Below, piece by piece: positions 1 to 15,000 of a DNA stretch of 64,000 bases. The notes under the pieces are model-generated. The model saw only the letters and a list, made by a program, of their open reading frames with translations. It had not been told where the DNA came from and did not search any database. The DNA lies in contig OZ038379.1 of the NCBI GenBank assembly GCA_964036045.1, positions 39,246,001 through 39,310,000 on the forward strand. The letters run 5' to 3'. How positions within the stretch are numbered: the stretch's first letter is position 1; every line of letters begins with the position of its first letter. A program made the position numbers and the translations under genes. Source of the stretch: Eutreptiella sp. 'Long Island Sound 2002'. Its lineage: Eukaryota > Protista > Euglenida.

Positions 1-3000
1 ACAAAATGCCGATTCACCAATGAAGGTCCGTTTCTTGTCTTTCTAATACGTGGATACATTGTTTGGTGCGAAAACACCATGCAATGTACACCGTGCCAAG
101 TGGTGATTCGGGTGATGAGTGTGCAATGTCTAGGACATACAATGCACAACGCACGGAGGGTGCAATGCACAAAGTGCACAGCTTGCAACACACACCACCA
201 AGGATGCATAGTGCGGATGTGTTTAATTTTTGGTAAGAAATGAAGCCGATGTCTTTTACTCTGAGGGTGAGTCAAACACAACATGGATATTGCGCACTCT
301 GCGCACTACACACATGGTACACATTGCAATGCAGACTCTTTGCGATGTGCACTCCATGCAACCCACAACACCCCAACTACTCACAACCAACTGCCATTTC
401 AACACAACTACGTTGGTGGGTGGGTTGTGCCATTGTACCACTAATTTGTCCATCACGTGTGCCATTTGTTGCTCAATATTCATGCGATTTCGTACTCCTT
501 TGTATCAGCCACCAACATTGTGTACTAAGTAACACAACCTTGTAGTCTTTTCCTCTTTTGTGGAATCTGCGGGTGGGGGTGCTACACCATGGTGTCCCCA
601 ATCAGACATCCATCATGGGGCTAGGCTCTGCAGCTTGCGGTCTTCTTCTTGGTTGCCATGGACCATCCGGCTTTCGTCAAGATTCCTTGCCAATTCTACT
701 CTCTATGTGTCCCTTATTGATTTGGACTTGCTCCTCAACTTCAAGTCGTTGTGCCTAAAACCTACCTACACACAAACAACCAATAGCACAATGTTCCTCA
801 AAGCCGTTCCGCAGCATTGTCATGCTGGGCCCAAAAAGGAGCTTTTGCGGTCATAGTTTGGATTTCTTTTTGGACCTTCCGTTCTTCGTTTTGGTTGCTC
901 TAACAAGGGGCACTTGGCGGAGGCTTACGTAATTTTTTTACCAAGTGATCCTAGGAGTGTGCCACTTGTACTCAAACAACGGTGCACTACACGGGGAGGG
1001 GTTTCAACCATTGTTGCCTTGCAGACCCTTTTGGTGATGGATATTCATCAATCGGAACAACAACTTTGTGTATGTTCACCCTTCAAAGCCCCATTCACAT
1101 GAGGGGTGGCGCGAATTGGTACTGCTAGGATAGGGTTACCAAGGGTCACCACCTATGGGTCAATAATTGTGTCTAGAATGATCCGTTGCAAAGTTCTTCT
1201 TGTACCATTTGGGTTGCTCAGACAACTAGTTTGAGGATACTTGGATCTCTTTTTCACCCTTGGCGGCTTACCAAACCTTCACAAAAACAACATGAAATGA
1301 AAAAGGGCCTTTACGGAACAAAATTACCATTGGAAACATGGCTTTTTGAAAAATGTGATCCAATGCCCTCTGGGATGCTGCAACAAAATGCCGATTCACC
1401 AATGAAGGACGTTTCTTGTCTTTCTAATACGTGGATACATTGTTTGGTGCGAAAACACCATGCAATGTACACCGTGCCAAGTGGTGATTCGGGTGATGAG
1501 TGTGCAATGTCTAGGACATACAATGCACAACGCACGGAGGATGCAATGCACAAAGTGCACAGCTTGCAACACACACCACCAAGGATGCATAGTGCGGATG
1601 TGTTTAATTTTTGGTAAGAAATGAAGCCGATGCCTCTTACTCTGAGGGTGAATCAAACACCACATGGATATTGCGCACTCTGCGCACTACACACATGGTA
1701 CACATTGCAATGCAGACTCTTTGCGATGTGCACTCCATGCAACCCACAACACCCCAACTACTCACAACCAACTGCCATTTCAACACAACTACGTTGGTGG
1801 GTGGGTTGTGCCATTCTACCACTAATTTGTCCATCACGTGTGCCATTTGTTGCTCAATATTCATGCGATTTCGTACTCCTTTGTATCAGCCACCAACATT
1901 GTGTACTAAGTAACACAACCTTGCAGTCTTTTCCTCTTTTGTGGAATCTGCGGGTGGGGGTGCTACACCATGGTGTCCCCAATCGGACATCCATCATGGG
2001 GCTAGGCTCTGCAGCTTGCGGTCTTCTTCTTGGTTGCCATGGACCATCCGGCTTTCGTCAAGATTCCTTGCCAATTCTACTCTCTATGTGTCCCTTATTG
2101 ATTTGGACTTGCTCCTCAACTTCAAGTCGTTGTGCCTAAAACCTACCTACACACAGACAACCAATAGCACAATGTTCCTCAAAGCCGTTCCGCAGCATTG
2201 TCATGCTGGGCCCAAAAAGGAGCTTTTGCGGTCATAGTTTGGATTTCTTTTTGGACCCTCCGTTCTTCGTTTTGGCTGCTCTAACAAGGAGCACTTGGCG
2301 GAGGCTTACGTAATTTTCTTACCAAGTGATTCAAGGAGTGTGCCACTTGTACTCAAACAACGGTGCACTACACGGGGAGGGGTTTCAACCATTGTTGCCT
2401 TGCACACCCTTTTGGTGATGGATATTCATCAATCGGAACAACAACTTTGTGTATGTTCACCCTTCAAAGCCCCATTCACATGAGGGGTGGCGCGAATTGG
2501 TACTGCTAGGATAGGGTTACCAAGGGTCACCACCTATGGGTCAATAGTTGTGTCTAGAATGATCCGTTGCAAAGTTCTTCTTGTACCATTTGGGTTGCTC
2601 AAACAACTAGTTTGAGGATACTTGGATCCCTTTTTCACCCTTGGCGGCTTACCAAACCTTCACAAAAACAACATGAAATGAAAAAGGGCCTTTACGGAAC
2701 AAAATTACCATTGGAAACATGGCTTTTTGAAAAATGTGATCCAATGCCCTCTGGGATGCTGCAACAAAATGCCGATTCACCAATGAAGGACGTTTCTTGT
2801 CTTTCTAATACGTGGATACATTGTTTGGTGCGAAAACACCATGCAATGTACACCGTGCCAAGTGGTGATTCGGGTGATGAGTGTGCAATGTCTAGGACAT
2901 ACAATGCACAACGCACGGAGGATGCAATGCACAAAGTGCACAGTTTGCAACACACACCACCAAGGATGCATAGTGCGGATGTGTTTAATTTTTGGTAAGA

Positions 3001-6000
3001 AATGAAGCCGATGCCTCTTACTCTGAGGGTGAATCAAACACAACATGGATATTGCGCACTCTGCGCACTACACACATGGTACACATTGCAATGCAGACTC
3101 TTTGCGATGTGCACTCCATGCAACCCACAACACCCCAACTACTCACAACCAACTGCCATTTCAACACAACTACGTTGGTGGGTGGGTTGTGCCATTCTAC
3201 CACTAATTTGTCCATCACGTGTGCCATTTGTTGCTCAATATTCATGCGATTTCGTACTCCTTTGTATCAGCCACCAACATTGTGTACTAAGTAACACAAC
3301 CTTGCAGTCTTTTCCTCTTTTGTGGAATCTGCGGGTGGGGGTGCTACACCATGGTGTCCCCAATCGGACATCCATCATGGGGCTAGGCTCTGCAGCTTGC
3401 GGTCTTCTTCTTGGTTGCCATGGACCATCCGGCTTTCGTCAAGATTCCTTGCCAATTCTACTCTCTATGTGTCCCTTATTGATTTGGACTTGCTCCTCAA
3501 CTTCAAGTCGTTGTGCCTAAAACCTACCTACACACAGACAACCAATAGCACAATGTTCCTCAAAGCCGTTCCGCAGCATTGTCATGCTGGGCCCAAAAAG
3601 GAGCTTTTGCGGTCATAGTTTGGATTTCTTTTTGGACCCTCCGTTCTTCGTTTTGGTTGCTCTAACAAGGAGCACTTGGCGGAGGCTTACGTAATTTTCT
3701 TACCAAGTGATTCAAGGAGTGTGCCACTTGTACTCAAACAACGGTGCACTACACGGGGAGGGGTTTCAACCATTGTTGCCTTGCACACCCTTTTGGTGAT
3801 GGATATTCATCAATCGGAACAACAACTTTGTGTATGTTCACCCTTCAAAGCCCCATTCACATGAGGGGTGGCGCGAATTGGTACTGCTAGGATAGGGTTA
3901 CCAAGGGTCACCACCTATGGGTCAATAGTTGTGTCTAGAATGATCCGTTGCAAAGTTCTTCTTGTACCATTTGGGTTGCTCAAACAACTAGTTTGAGGAT
4001 ACTTGGATCCCTTTTTCACCCTTGGCGGCTTACCAAACCTTCACAAAAACAACATGAAATGAAAAAGGGCCTTTACGGAACAAAATTACCATTGGAAACA
4101 TGGCTTTTTGAAAAATGTGATCCAATGCCCTCTGGGATGCTACAACAAAATGCCGATTCACCAATGAAGGTCCGTTTCTTGTCTTTCTAATATGTGGATA
4201 CATTGTTTGGTGCGAAAACACCATGCAATGTACACCGTGCCAAGTGGTGATTCGGGTGATGAGTGTGCAATGTCTAGGACATACAATGCACAACGCACGG
4301 AGGGTGCAATGCACAAAGTGCATAGCTTGCAACACACACCACCAAGGATGCATAGTGCGGATGTGTTTAATTTTTGGTAAGAAATGAAGCCAATGTCTCT
4401 TACTCTGAGGGTGAATCAAACACAACATGGATATTGCGCACTCTGCGCACTACACACATGGTACACATTGCAATGCAGACTCTTTGCGATGTGCACTCCA
4501 TGCAACCCACAACACCCCAACTACTCACAACCAACTGCCATTTCAACACAACTACGTTGGTGGGTGGGTTGTGCCATTCTACCACTAATTTGTCCATCAC
4601 GTGTGCCATTTGTTGCTCAATATTCATGCGATTTCGTACTCCTTTGTATCAGCCACCAACATTGTGTACTAAGTAACACAACCTTGCAGTCTTTTCCTCT
4701 TTTGTGGAATCTGCGGGTGGGGGTGCTACACCATGGTGTCCCCAATCGGACATCCATCATGGGGCTAGGCTCTGCAGCTTGCGGTCTTCTTCTTGGTTGC
4801 CATGGACCATCCGGCTTTCGTCAAGATTCCTTGCCAATTCTACTCTCTATGTGTCCCTTATTGATTTGGACTTGCTCCTCAACTTCAAGTCGTTGTGCCT
4901 AAAACCTACCTACACACAGACAACCAATAGCACAATGTTCCTCAAAGCCGTTCCGCAGCATTGTCATGCTGGGCCCAAAAAGGAGCTTTTGCGGTCATAG
5001 TTTGGATTTCTTTTTGGACCCTCCGTTCTTCGTTTTGGTTGCTCTAACAAGGGGCACTTGGCGGAGGCTTACGTAATTTTTTTACCAAGTGATCCAAGGA
5101 GTGTGCCACTTGTACTCAAACAACGGTGCACTACACGGGGAGGGGTTTCAACCATTGTTGCCTTGCAGACCCTTTTGGTGATGGATATTCATCAATCGGA
5201 ACAACAACTTTGTGTATGTTCACCCTTCAAAGCCCCATTCACATGAGGGGTGGCGCGAATTGGTACTGCTAGGATAGGGTTACCAAGGGTCACCACCTAT
5301 GGGTCAATAATTGTGTCTAGAATGATCCGTTGCAAAGTTCTTCTTGTACCATTTGGGTTGCTCAGACAACTAGTTTGAGGATACTTGGATCTCTTTTTCA
5401 CCCTTGGCGGCTTACCAAACCTTCACAAAAACAACATGAAATGAAAAAGGGCCTTTACGGAACAAAATTACCATTGGAAACATGGCTTTTTGAAAAATGT
5501 GATCCAATGCCCTCTGGGATGCTGCAACAAAATGCCGATTCACCAATGAAGGACGTTTCTTGTCTTTCTAATACGTGGATACATTGTTTTGTGCGAAAAC
5601 ACCATGCAATGTACACCGTGCCAAGTGGTGATTCGGGTGATGAGTGTGCAATGTCTAGGACATACAATGCACAACGCACGGAGGATGCAATGCACAAAGT
5701 GCACAGCTTGCAACACACACCACCAAGGATGCATAGTGCGGATGTGTTTAATTTTTGGTAAGAAATGAAGCCGATGCCTCTTACTCTGAGGGTGAATCAA
5801 ACACAACATGGATATTGCGCACTCTGCGCACTACACACATGGTACACATTGCAATGCAGACTCTTTGCGATGTGCACTCCATGCAACCCACAACACCCCA
5901 ACTACTCACAACCAACTGCCATTTCAACACAACTACGTTGGTGGGTGGGTTGTGCCATTCTACGACTAATTTGTCCATCACGTGTGCCATTTGTTGCTCA

Positions 6001-9000
6001 ATATTCATGCGATTTCGTACTCCTTTGTATCAGCCACCAACATTGTGTACTAAGTAACACAACCTTGCAGTCTTTTCCTCTTTTGTGGAATCTGCGGGTG
6101 GGGGTGCTACACCATGGTGTCCCCAATCGGACATCCATCATGGGGCTAGGCTGTGCAGCTTGCGGTCTTCTTCTTGGTTGCCATGGACCATCCGGCTTTC
6201 GTCAAGATTCCTTGGCAATTCTACTCTCTATGTGTCCCTTATTGATTTGGACTTGCTCCTCAACTTCAAGTCGTTGTGCCTAAAACCTACCTACACACAG
6301 ACAACCAATAGCACAATGTTCCTCAAAGCCGTTCCGCAGCATTGTCATGCTGGGCCCAAAAAGGAGCTTTTGCGGTCATAGTTTGGATTTCTTTTTGGAC
6401 CCTCCGTTCTTCGTTTTGGCTGCTCTAACAAGGAGCACTTGGCGGAGGCTTACGTAATTTTCTTACCAAGTGATTCAAGGAGTGTGCCACTTGTACTCAA
6501 ACAACGGTGCACTACACGGGGAGGGGTTTCAACCATTGTTGCCTTGCACACCCTTTTGGTGATGGATATTCATCAATCGGAACAACAACTTTGTGTATGT
6601 TCACCCTTCAAAGCCCCATTCACATGAGGGGTGGCGCGAATTGGTACTGCTAGGATAGGGTTACCAAGGGTCACCACCTATGGGTCAATAGTTGTGTCTA
6701 GAATGATCCGTTGCAAAGTTCTTCTTGTACCATTTGGGTTGCTCAAACAACTAGTTTGAGGATACTTGGATCCCTTTTTCACCCTTGGCGGCTTACCAAA
6801 CCTTCACAAAAACAACATGAAATGAAAAAGGGCCTTTACGGAACAAAATTACCATTGGAAACATGGCTTTTTGAAAAATGTGATCCAATGCCCTCTGGGA
6901 TGCTGCAACAAAATGCCGATACACCAATGAAGGACGTTTCTTGTCTTTCTAATACGTGGATACATTGTTTGGTGCGAAAACACCATGCAATGTACACCGT
7001 GCCAAGTGGTGATTCGGGTGATGAGTGTGCAATGTCTAGGACATACAATGCACAACGCACGGAGGATGCAATGCACAAAGTGCACAGCTTGCAACACACA
7101 CCACCAAGGATGCATAGTGCGGATGTGTTTAATTTTTGGTAAGAAATGAAGCCGATGCCTCTTACTCTGAGGGTGAATCAAACACAACATGGATATTGCG
7201 CACTCTGCGCACTACACACATGGTACACATTGCAATGCAGACTCTTTGCGATGTGCACTCCATGCAACCCACAACACCCCAACTACTCACAACCAACTGC
7301 CATTTCAACACAACTACGTTGGTGGGTGGGTTGTGCCATTCTACGACTAATTTGTCCATCACGTGTGCCATTTGTTGCTCAATATTCATGCGATTTCGTA
7401 CTCCTTTGTATCAGCCACCAACATTGTGTACTAAGTAACACAACCTTGCAGTCTTTTCCTCTTTTGTGGAATCTGCGGGTGGGGGTGCTACACCATGGTG
7501 TCCCCAATCGGACATCCATCATGGGGCTAGGCTGTGCAGCTTCGGTCTTCTTCTTGGTTGCCATGGACCATCCGGCTTTCGTCAAGATTCCTTGGCAATT
7601 CTACTCTCTATGTGTCCCTTATTGATTTGGACTTGCTCCTCAACTTCAAGTCGTTGTGCCTAAAACCTACCTACACACAGACAACCAATAGCACAATGTT
7701 CCTCAAAGCCGTTCCGCAGCATTGTCATGCTGGGCCCAAAAAGGAGCTTTTGCGGTCATAGTTTGGATTTCTTTTTGGACCCTCCGTTCTTCGTTTTGGC
7801 TGCTCTAACAAGGAGCACTTGGCGGAGGCTTACGTAATTTTCTTACCAAGTGATTCAAGGAGTGTGCCACTTGTACTCAAACAACGGTGCACTACACGGG
7901 GAGGGGTTTCAACCATTGTTGCCTTGCACACCCTTTTGGTGATGGATATTCATCAATCGGAACAACAACTTTGTGTATGTTCACCCTTCAAAGCCCCATT
8001 CACATGAGGGGTGGCGCGAATTGGTACTGCTAGGATAGGGTTACCAAGGGTCACCACCTATGGGTCAATAGTTGTGTCTAGAATGATCCGTTGCAAAGTT
8101 CTTCTTGTACCATTTGGGTTGCTCAAACAACTAGTTTGAGGATACTTGGATCCCTTTTTCACCCTTGGCGGCTTACCAAACCTTCACAAAAACAACATGA
8201 AATGAAAAAGGGCCTTTACGGAACAAAATTACCATTGGAAACATGGCTTTTTGAAAAATGTGATCCAATGCCCTCTGGGATGCTGCAACAAAATGCCGAT
8301 ACACCAATGAAGGACGTTTCTTGTCTTTCTAATACGTGGATACATTGTTTGGTGCGAAAACACCATGCAATGTACACCGTGCCAAGTGGTGATTCGGGTG
8401 ATGAGTGTGCAATGTCTAGGACATACAATGCACAACGCACGGAGGATGCAATGCACAAAGTGCACAGCTTGCAACACACACCACCAAGGATGCATAGTGC
8501 GGATGTGTTTAATTTTTGGTAAGAAATGAAGCCGATGCCTCTTACTCTGAGGGTGAATCAAACACAACATGGATATTGCGCACTCTGCGCACTACACACA
8601 TGGTACACATTGCAATGCAGACTCTTTGCGATGTGCACTCCATGCAACCCACAACACCCCAACTACTCACAACCAACTGCCATTTCAACACAACTACGTT
8701 GGTGGGTGGGTTGTGCCATTCTACCACTAATTTGTCCATCACGTGTGCCATTTGTTGCTCAATATTCATGCGATTTCGTACTCCTTTGTATCAGCCACCA
8801 ACATTGTGTACTAAGTAACACAACCTTGCAGTCTTTTCCTCTTTTGTGGAATCTGCGGGTGGGGGTGCTACACCATGGTGTCCCCAATCGGACATCCATC
8901 ATGGGGCTAGGCTCTGCAGCTTGCGGTCTTCTTCTTGGTTGCCATGGACCATCCGGCTTTCGTCAAGATTCCTTGCCAATTCTACTCTCTATGTGTCCCT

Positions 9001-12000
9001 TATTGATTTGGACTTGCTCCTCAACTTCAAGTCGTTGTGCCTAAAACCTACCTACACACAGACAACCAATAGCACAATGTTCCTCAAAGCCGTTCCGCAG
9101 CATTGTCATGCTGGGCCCAAAAAGGAGCTTTTGCGGTCATAGTTTGGATTTCTTTTTGGACCCTCCGTTCTTCGTTTTGGTTGCTCTAACAAGGAGCACT
9201 TGGCGGAGGCTTACGTAATTTTCTTACCAAGTGATTCAAGGAGTGTGCCACTTGTACTCAAACAACGGTGCACTACACGGGGAGGGGTTTCAACCATTGT
9301 TGCCTTGCAGACCCTTTTGGTGATGGATATTCATCAATCGGAACAACAACTTTGTGTATGTTCACCCTTCAAAGCCCCATTCACATGAGGGGTGGCGCGA
9401 ATTGGTACTGCTAGGATAGGGTTACCAAGGGTCACCACCTATGGGTCAATAGTTGTGTCTAGAATGATCCGTTGCAAAGTTCTTCTTGTACCATTTGGGT
9501 TGCTCAAACAACTAGTTTGAGGATACTTGGATCCCTTTTTCACCCTTGGCGGCTTACCAAACCTTCACAAAAACAACATGAAATGAAAAAGGGCCTTTAC
9601 GGAACAAAATTACCATTGGAAACATGGCTTTTTGAAAAATGTGATCCAATGCCCTCTGGGATGCTACAACAAAATGCCGATTCACCAATGAAGGTCCGTT
9701 TCTTGTCTTTCTAATATGTGGATACATTGTTTGGTGCGAAAATACCATGCAATGTACACCGTGCCAAGTGGTGATTCGGGTGATGAGTGTGCAATGTCTA
9801 GGACATACAATGCACAACGCACGGAGGGTGCAATGCACAAAGTGCATAGCTTGCAACACACACCACCAAGGATGCATAGTGCGGATGTGTTTAATTTTTG
9901 GTAAGAAATGAAGCCAATGTCTCTTACTCTGAGGGTGAATCAAACACAACATGGATATTGCGCACTCTGCGCACTACACACATGGTACACATTGCAATGC
10001 AGACTCTTTGTGATGTGCACTCCATGCAACCCACAACATCCCAACTACTCGGAACCAACTGCCATTTCAACACAACTACATTGGTGGGTGGGTTGTGCCA
10101 TTCTACCACTAATTTGTCCATCACGCGTGCCATTTGTTGCTCAATATTCATGCGATTTCGTACTCCTCTATATCAGCCACCAACATTGTGTACTAAGTAA
10201 CACAACCTTGCAGTCTTTTCCTCTTTTGTGGAATCTGCGGGTGGGGGTGCTACACCATGGTGTCCCCAATCGGACATCCATCATGGGGCTAGGCTTTGCA
10301 GCTTGCGGTCTTCTTCTTGGTTGCCATGGACCATCCGGCTTTCGTCAAGATTCCTTGCCAATTCTACTCTCTATGTGTCCCTTATTGATTTGGACTTGCT
10401 CCTCAACTTCAGGTCGTTGTGCCTAAAACCTACCTACACCCAAACAACCAATAGCACAATGTTCCTCCAAGCCGTTCCGCGGCATTGTCATGCTGGGCCC
10501 AAAAAGGAGCTTTTGCGGTCATAGTTTGGATTTCTTTTTGGACCCTCCGTTCTTCGTTTCGGCTGCTCTAACAAGGGGCACTTGGTGGAGGCTTACGTAA
10601 TTTTCTTACCAAGTGATCCAAGGAGTGTGCCACTTGTACTCAAAAAACGGTGCACTACACGGGGAGGGGTTTCAACCGTTGTTGCCTTGCAGACCCTTTT
10701 GGTGATGGATATTCATCAATCGGAACAACAACTTTGTGTATGTTCACCCTTCAAAGCCCCATTCACATGAGGGGTGGCGCGAATTGGTACTGCTAGGATA
10801 GGGTTACCAAGGGTCACCACCTATGGGTCAATAATTGTGTCTAGAATGATCCGTTGCAAAGTTCTTCTTGTACCATTTGGGTTGCTCAAAAACTAATTTG
10901 AGGATACTTGGATCCCTTTTTCACCCTTGGCGGCTTACCAAACCTTCACAACAACAACATGAAATGAAAAAGGGCCTTTACGGAACAAAATTACCATTGG
11001 AAACATGGCTTTTTGAAAAATGTGATCCAATGCCCTCTGGGATGCTACAACAAAATGCCGATTCACCAACAAAGGTCCGTTTCTTGTCTTTCTAATACGT
11101 GGATACATTGTTTGGTGCGAAAACACCATGCAATGTACACCGTGCCAAGTGGTGATTCGGGTGATGAGTGTGCAATGTCTAGGACATACAATGCACAACG
11201 CACGGAGGGTGCAATGCACAAAGTGCACAGCTTGCAACACACACCACCAAGGATGCATAGTGCGGATGTGTTTAATTTTTGGTAAGAAATGAAGCCGATG
11301 TCTTTTACTCTGAGGGTGAATCAAACACAACATGGATATTGCGCACTCTGCGCACTACACACATGGTACACATTGCAATGCAGACTCTTTGTGATGTGCA
11401 CTCCATGCAACCCACAACATCCCAACTACTCGGAACCAACTGCCATTTCAACACAACTACATTGGTGGGTGGGTTGTGCCATTCTACCACTAATTTGTCC
11501 ATCACGCGTGCCATTTGTTGCTCAATATTCATGCGATTTCGTACTCCTCTATATCAGCCACCAACATTGTGTACTAAGTAACACAACCTTGCAGTCTTTT
11601 CCTCTTTTGTGGAATCTGCGGGTGGGGGTGCTACACCATGGTGTCCCCAATCGGACATCCATCATGGGGCTAGGCTTTGCAGCTTGCGGTCTTCTTCTTG
11701 GTTGCCATGGACCATCCGGCTTTCGTCAAGATTCCTTGCCAATTCTACTCTCTATGTGTCCCTTATTGATTTGGACTTGCTCCTCAACTTCAGGTCGTTG
11801 TGCCTAAAACCTACCTACACCCAAACAACCAATAGCACAATGTTCCTCCAAGCCGTTCCGCGGCATTGTCATGCTGGGCCCAAAAAGGAGCTTTTGCGGT
11901 CATAGTTTGGATTTCTTTTTGGACCCTCCGTTCTTCGTTTCGGCTGCTCTAACAAGGGGCACTTGGTGGAGGCTTACGTAATTTTCTTACCAAGTGATCC

Positions 12001-15000
12001 AAGGAGTGTGCCACTTGTACTCAAAAAACGGTGCACTACACGGGGAGGGGTTTCAACCGTTGTTGCCTTGCAGACCCTTTTGGTGATGGATATTCATCAA
12101 TCGGAACCACAACTTTGTGTATGTTCACCCTTCAAAGCCCCATTCACATGAGGGGTGGCGCGAATTGGTACTGCTAGGATAGGGTTACCAAGGGTCACCA
12201 CCTATGGGTCAATAATTGTGTCTAGAATGATCCGTTGCAAAGTTCTTCTTGTACCATTTGGGTTGCTCAAACAACTAATTTGAGGATACTTGGATCCCTT
12301 TTTCACCCTTGGCGGCTTACCAAACCTTCACAACAACAACATGAAATGAAAAAGGGCCTTTACGGAACAAAATTACCATTGGAAACATGGCTTTTTGAAA
12401 AATGTGATCCAATGCCCTCTGGGATGCTACAACAAAATGCCGATTCACCAATGGAGGTCCGTTTCTTGTCTTTCTAATACGTGGATACATTGTTTGGTGC
12501 GAAAACACCATGCAATGTACACCGTGCCAAGTGGTGATTCGGGTGATGAGTGTGCAATGTCTAGGACATACAATGCACAACGCACGGAGGGTGCAATGCA
12601 CAAAGTGCACAGCTTGCAACACACACCACCAAGGATGCATAGTGCGGATGTGTTTAATTTTTGGTAAGAAATGAAGCCGATGTCTTTTACTCTGAGGGTG
12701 AATCAAACACAACATGGATATTGCGCACTCTGCGCACTACACACATGGTACACGTTGCAATGCAGACTCTTTGCGATGTGCACTCCATGCAACCCACAAC
12801 ACCCCAACTACTCGCAGCCAACTGCCATTTCAACACAACTACGTTGGTGGGTGGGTTGTGCCATTCTACCATTAATTTGTCCATCACGTGTGCCATTTGT
12901 TGCTCAATATTCATGCGATTTCGTACTCCTCTGTATCAGCCACCAACATTGTGTACCAAGTAACACAACCTTGCAGTCTTTTCCTCTTTTGTGGAATCTG
13001 CGGGTGGGGGTGCTACACCATGGTGTCCCCAATCGGACATCCATCATGGGGCTAGGCTCTGCAGCTTGCGGTCTTCTTCTTGGTTGCCATGGACCATCCG
13101 GCTTTCGTCAAGATTCCTTGCCAATTCTACTCTCTATGTGTCCCTTATTGATTTGGACTTGCTCCTCAACTTCAGGTCGTTGTGCCTAAAACCTACCTAC
13201 ACACAAACAACCAATAGCACAATGTTCCTCAAAGCCGTTCCGCAGCATTGTCATGCTGGGCCCAAAAAGGAGATTTTGCGGTCATAGTTTGGATTTCTCT
13301 TTGGACCTTCCGTTCTTCGTTTTGGCTGCTCTAACAAGGGGCACTTGGCGGAGGCTTACGTAATTTTCTTACCAAGTGATCCAAGGAGTGTGCCACTTGT
13401 ACTCAAACAACGCTGCACTACACGGGGAGGGGTTTCAACCGTTGTTGCCTTGCAGACCCTTTTGGTGATGGATATTCATCAATCGGAACAACAACTTTGT
13501 GTATGTTCACCCTTCAAAGCCCCATTCACATGAGGGGTGGCGCGAATTGGTACTGCTAGGATAGGGCTACCAAGGGTCACCACCTATGGGTCAATAATTG
13601 TGTCTAGAATGATCCGTTGCAAAGTTCTTCTTGTACCATTTGGGTTGCTCAAACAACTAGTTTGAGGATACTTGGATCCCTTTTTCACCCTTGGCGGCTT
13701 ACCAAACCTTCACAAAAACAACATGAAATGAAAAAGGGCCTTTACGGAATAAAATTACCATTGGAAACATGGCTTTTTGAAAAATGTGATCCAATGCCCT
13801 CTGGGATGCTGCAACAAAATGCCGATTCACCAATGAAGGACGTTTCTTGTCTTTCTAATACGTGGATACATTGTTTGGTGCGAAAACACCATGCAATGTA
13901 CACCGTGCCAAGTGGTGATTCGGGTGATGAGTGTGCAATGTCTAGGACATACAATGCACAACGCACGGAGGATGCAATGCACAAAGTGCATAGCTTGCAA
14001 CACACACCACCAAGGATGCATAGTGCGGATGTGTTTAATTTTTGGTAAGAAATGAAGCCGATGTCTCTTACTCTGAGGGTGAATCCGACACAACATGGAT
14101 ATTGCGCACTCTGCGCACTACACACATGGTACACATTGCAATGCAGACTCTTTGCGATGTGCACTCCATGCAACCCACAACATCCCAACTACTCGCAACC
14201 AACTGCCATTTCAACACAACTACGTTGGTGGGTGGGTTGTGCCATTCTACCACTAATTTGTCCATCACGTGTGCCATTTGTTGCTCAATATTCATGCGAT
14301 TTCGTACTCCTCTGTATCAGCCACCAACATTGTGTACTAAGTAACACAACCTTGCAGTCTTTTCCTCTTTTGTGGAATCTGCGGGTGGGGGTGCTACACC
14401 ATGGTGTCCCCAATCGGACATCCATCATGGGGCTAGGCTCTGCAGCTTGCGGTCTTCTTCTTGGTTGCCATGGACCATCCAGCTTTCGTCAAGATTCCTT
14501 GCCAATTCTACTCTCTATGTGTCCCTTATTGATTTGGACTTGCTCCTCAACTTCAAGTCGTTGTGCCTAAAACCTACCTACACACAAACAACCAATAGCA
14601 CAATGTTCCTCAAAGCCGTTCCGCAGCATTGTCATGCTGGGCCCAAAAAGGAGATTTTGCGGTCATAGTTTGGATTTCTTTTTCGACCTTCCGTTCTTCG
14701 TTTTGGCTGCTCTAACGAGGGGCACTTGGCGGAGGCTTACGTAATTTTCTTACCAAGTGATTCAAGGAGTGTGCCACTTGTACTCAAACAACGCTGCACT
14801 ACACAGGGAGGGGTTTCAACCATTGTTGCCTTGCGGACCCTTTTGGTGATGGATATTCATCAATCGCAACAACAACTTTGTGTATGTCCACCCTTCAAAG
14901 CCCCATTAACATGAGGGGTGGCGCGAATTGGTACTGCTAGGATAGGGTTACCAAGGGTCACCACCTATGGGTCAATAATTGTGTCTAGAATGATCCGTTC

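Noticed and set aside
1300-1620. U5 snRNA or SL RNA gene in the unit (gcctttac; Sm-like aatttttgg)
   Set aside because: The loop-I-like motif has 3 rather than 4 U, lacks the enclosing stem, and is about 300 nt from the Sm-like site. No spliced-leader exon was recognised.
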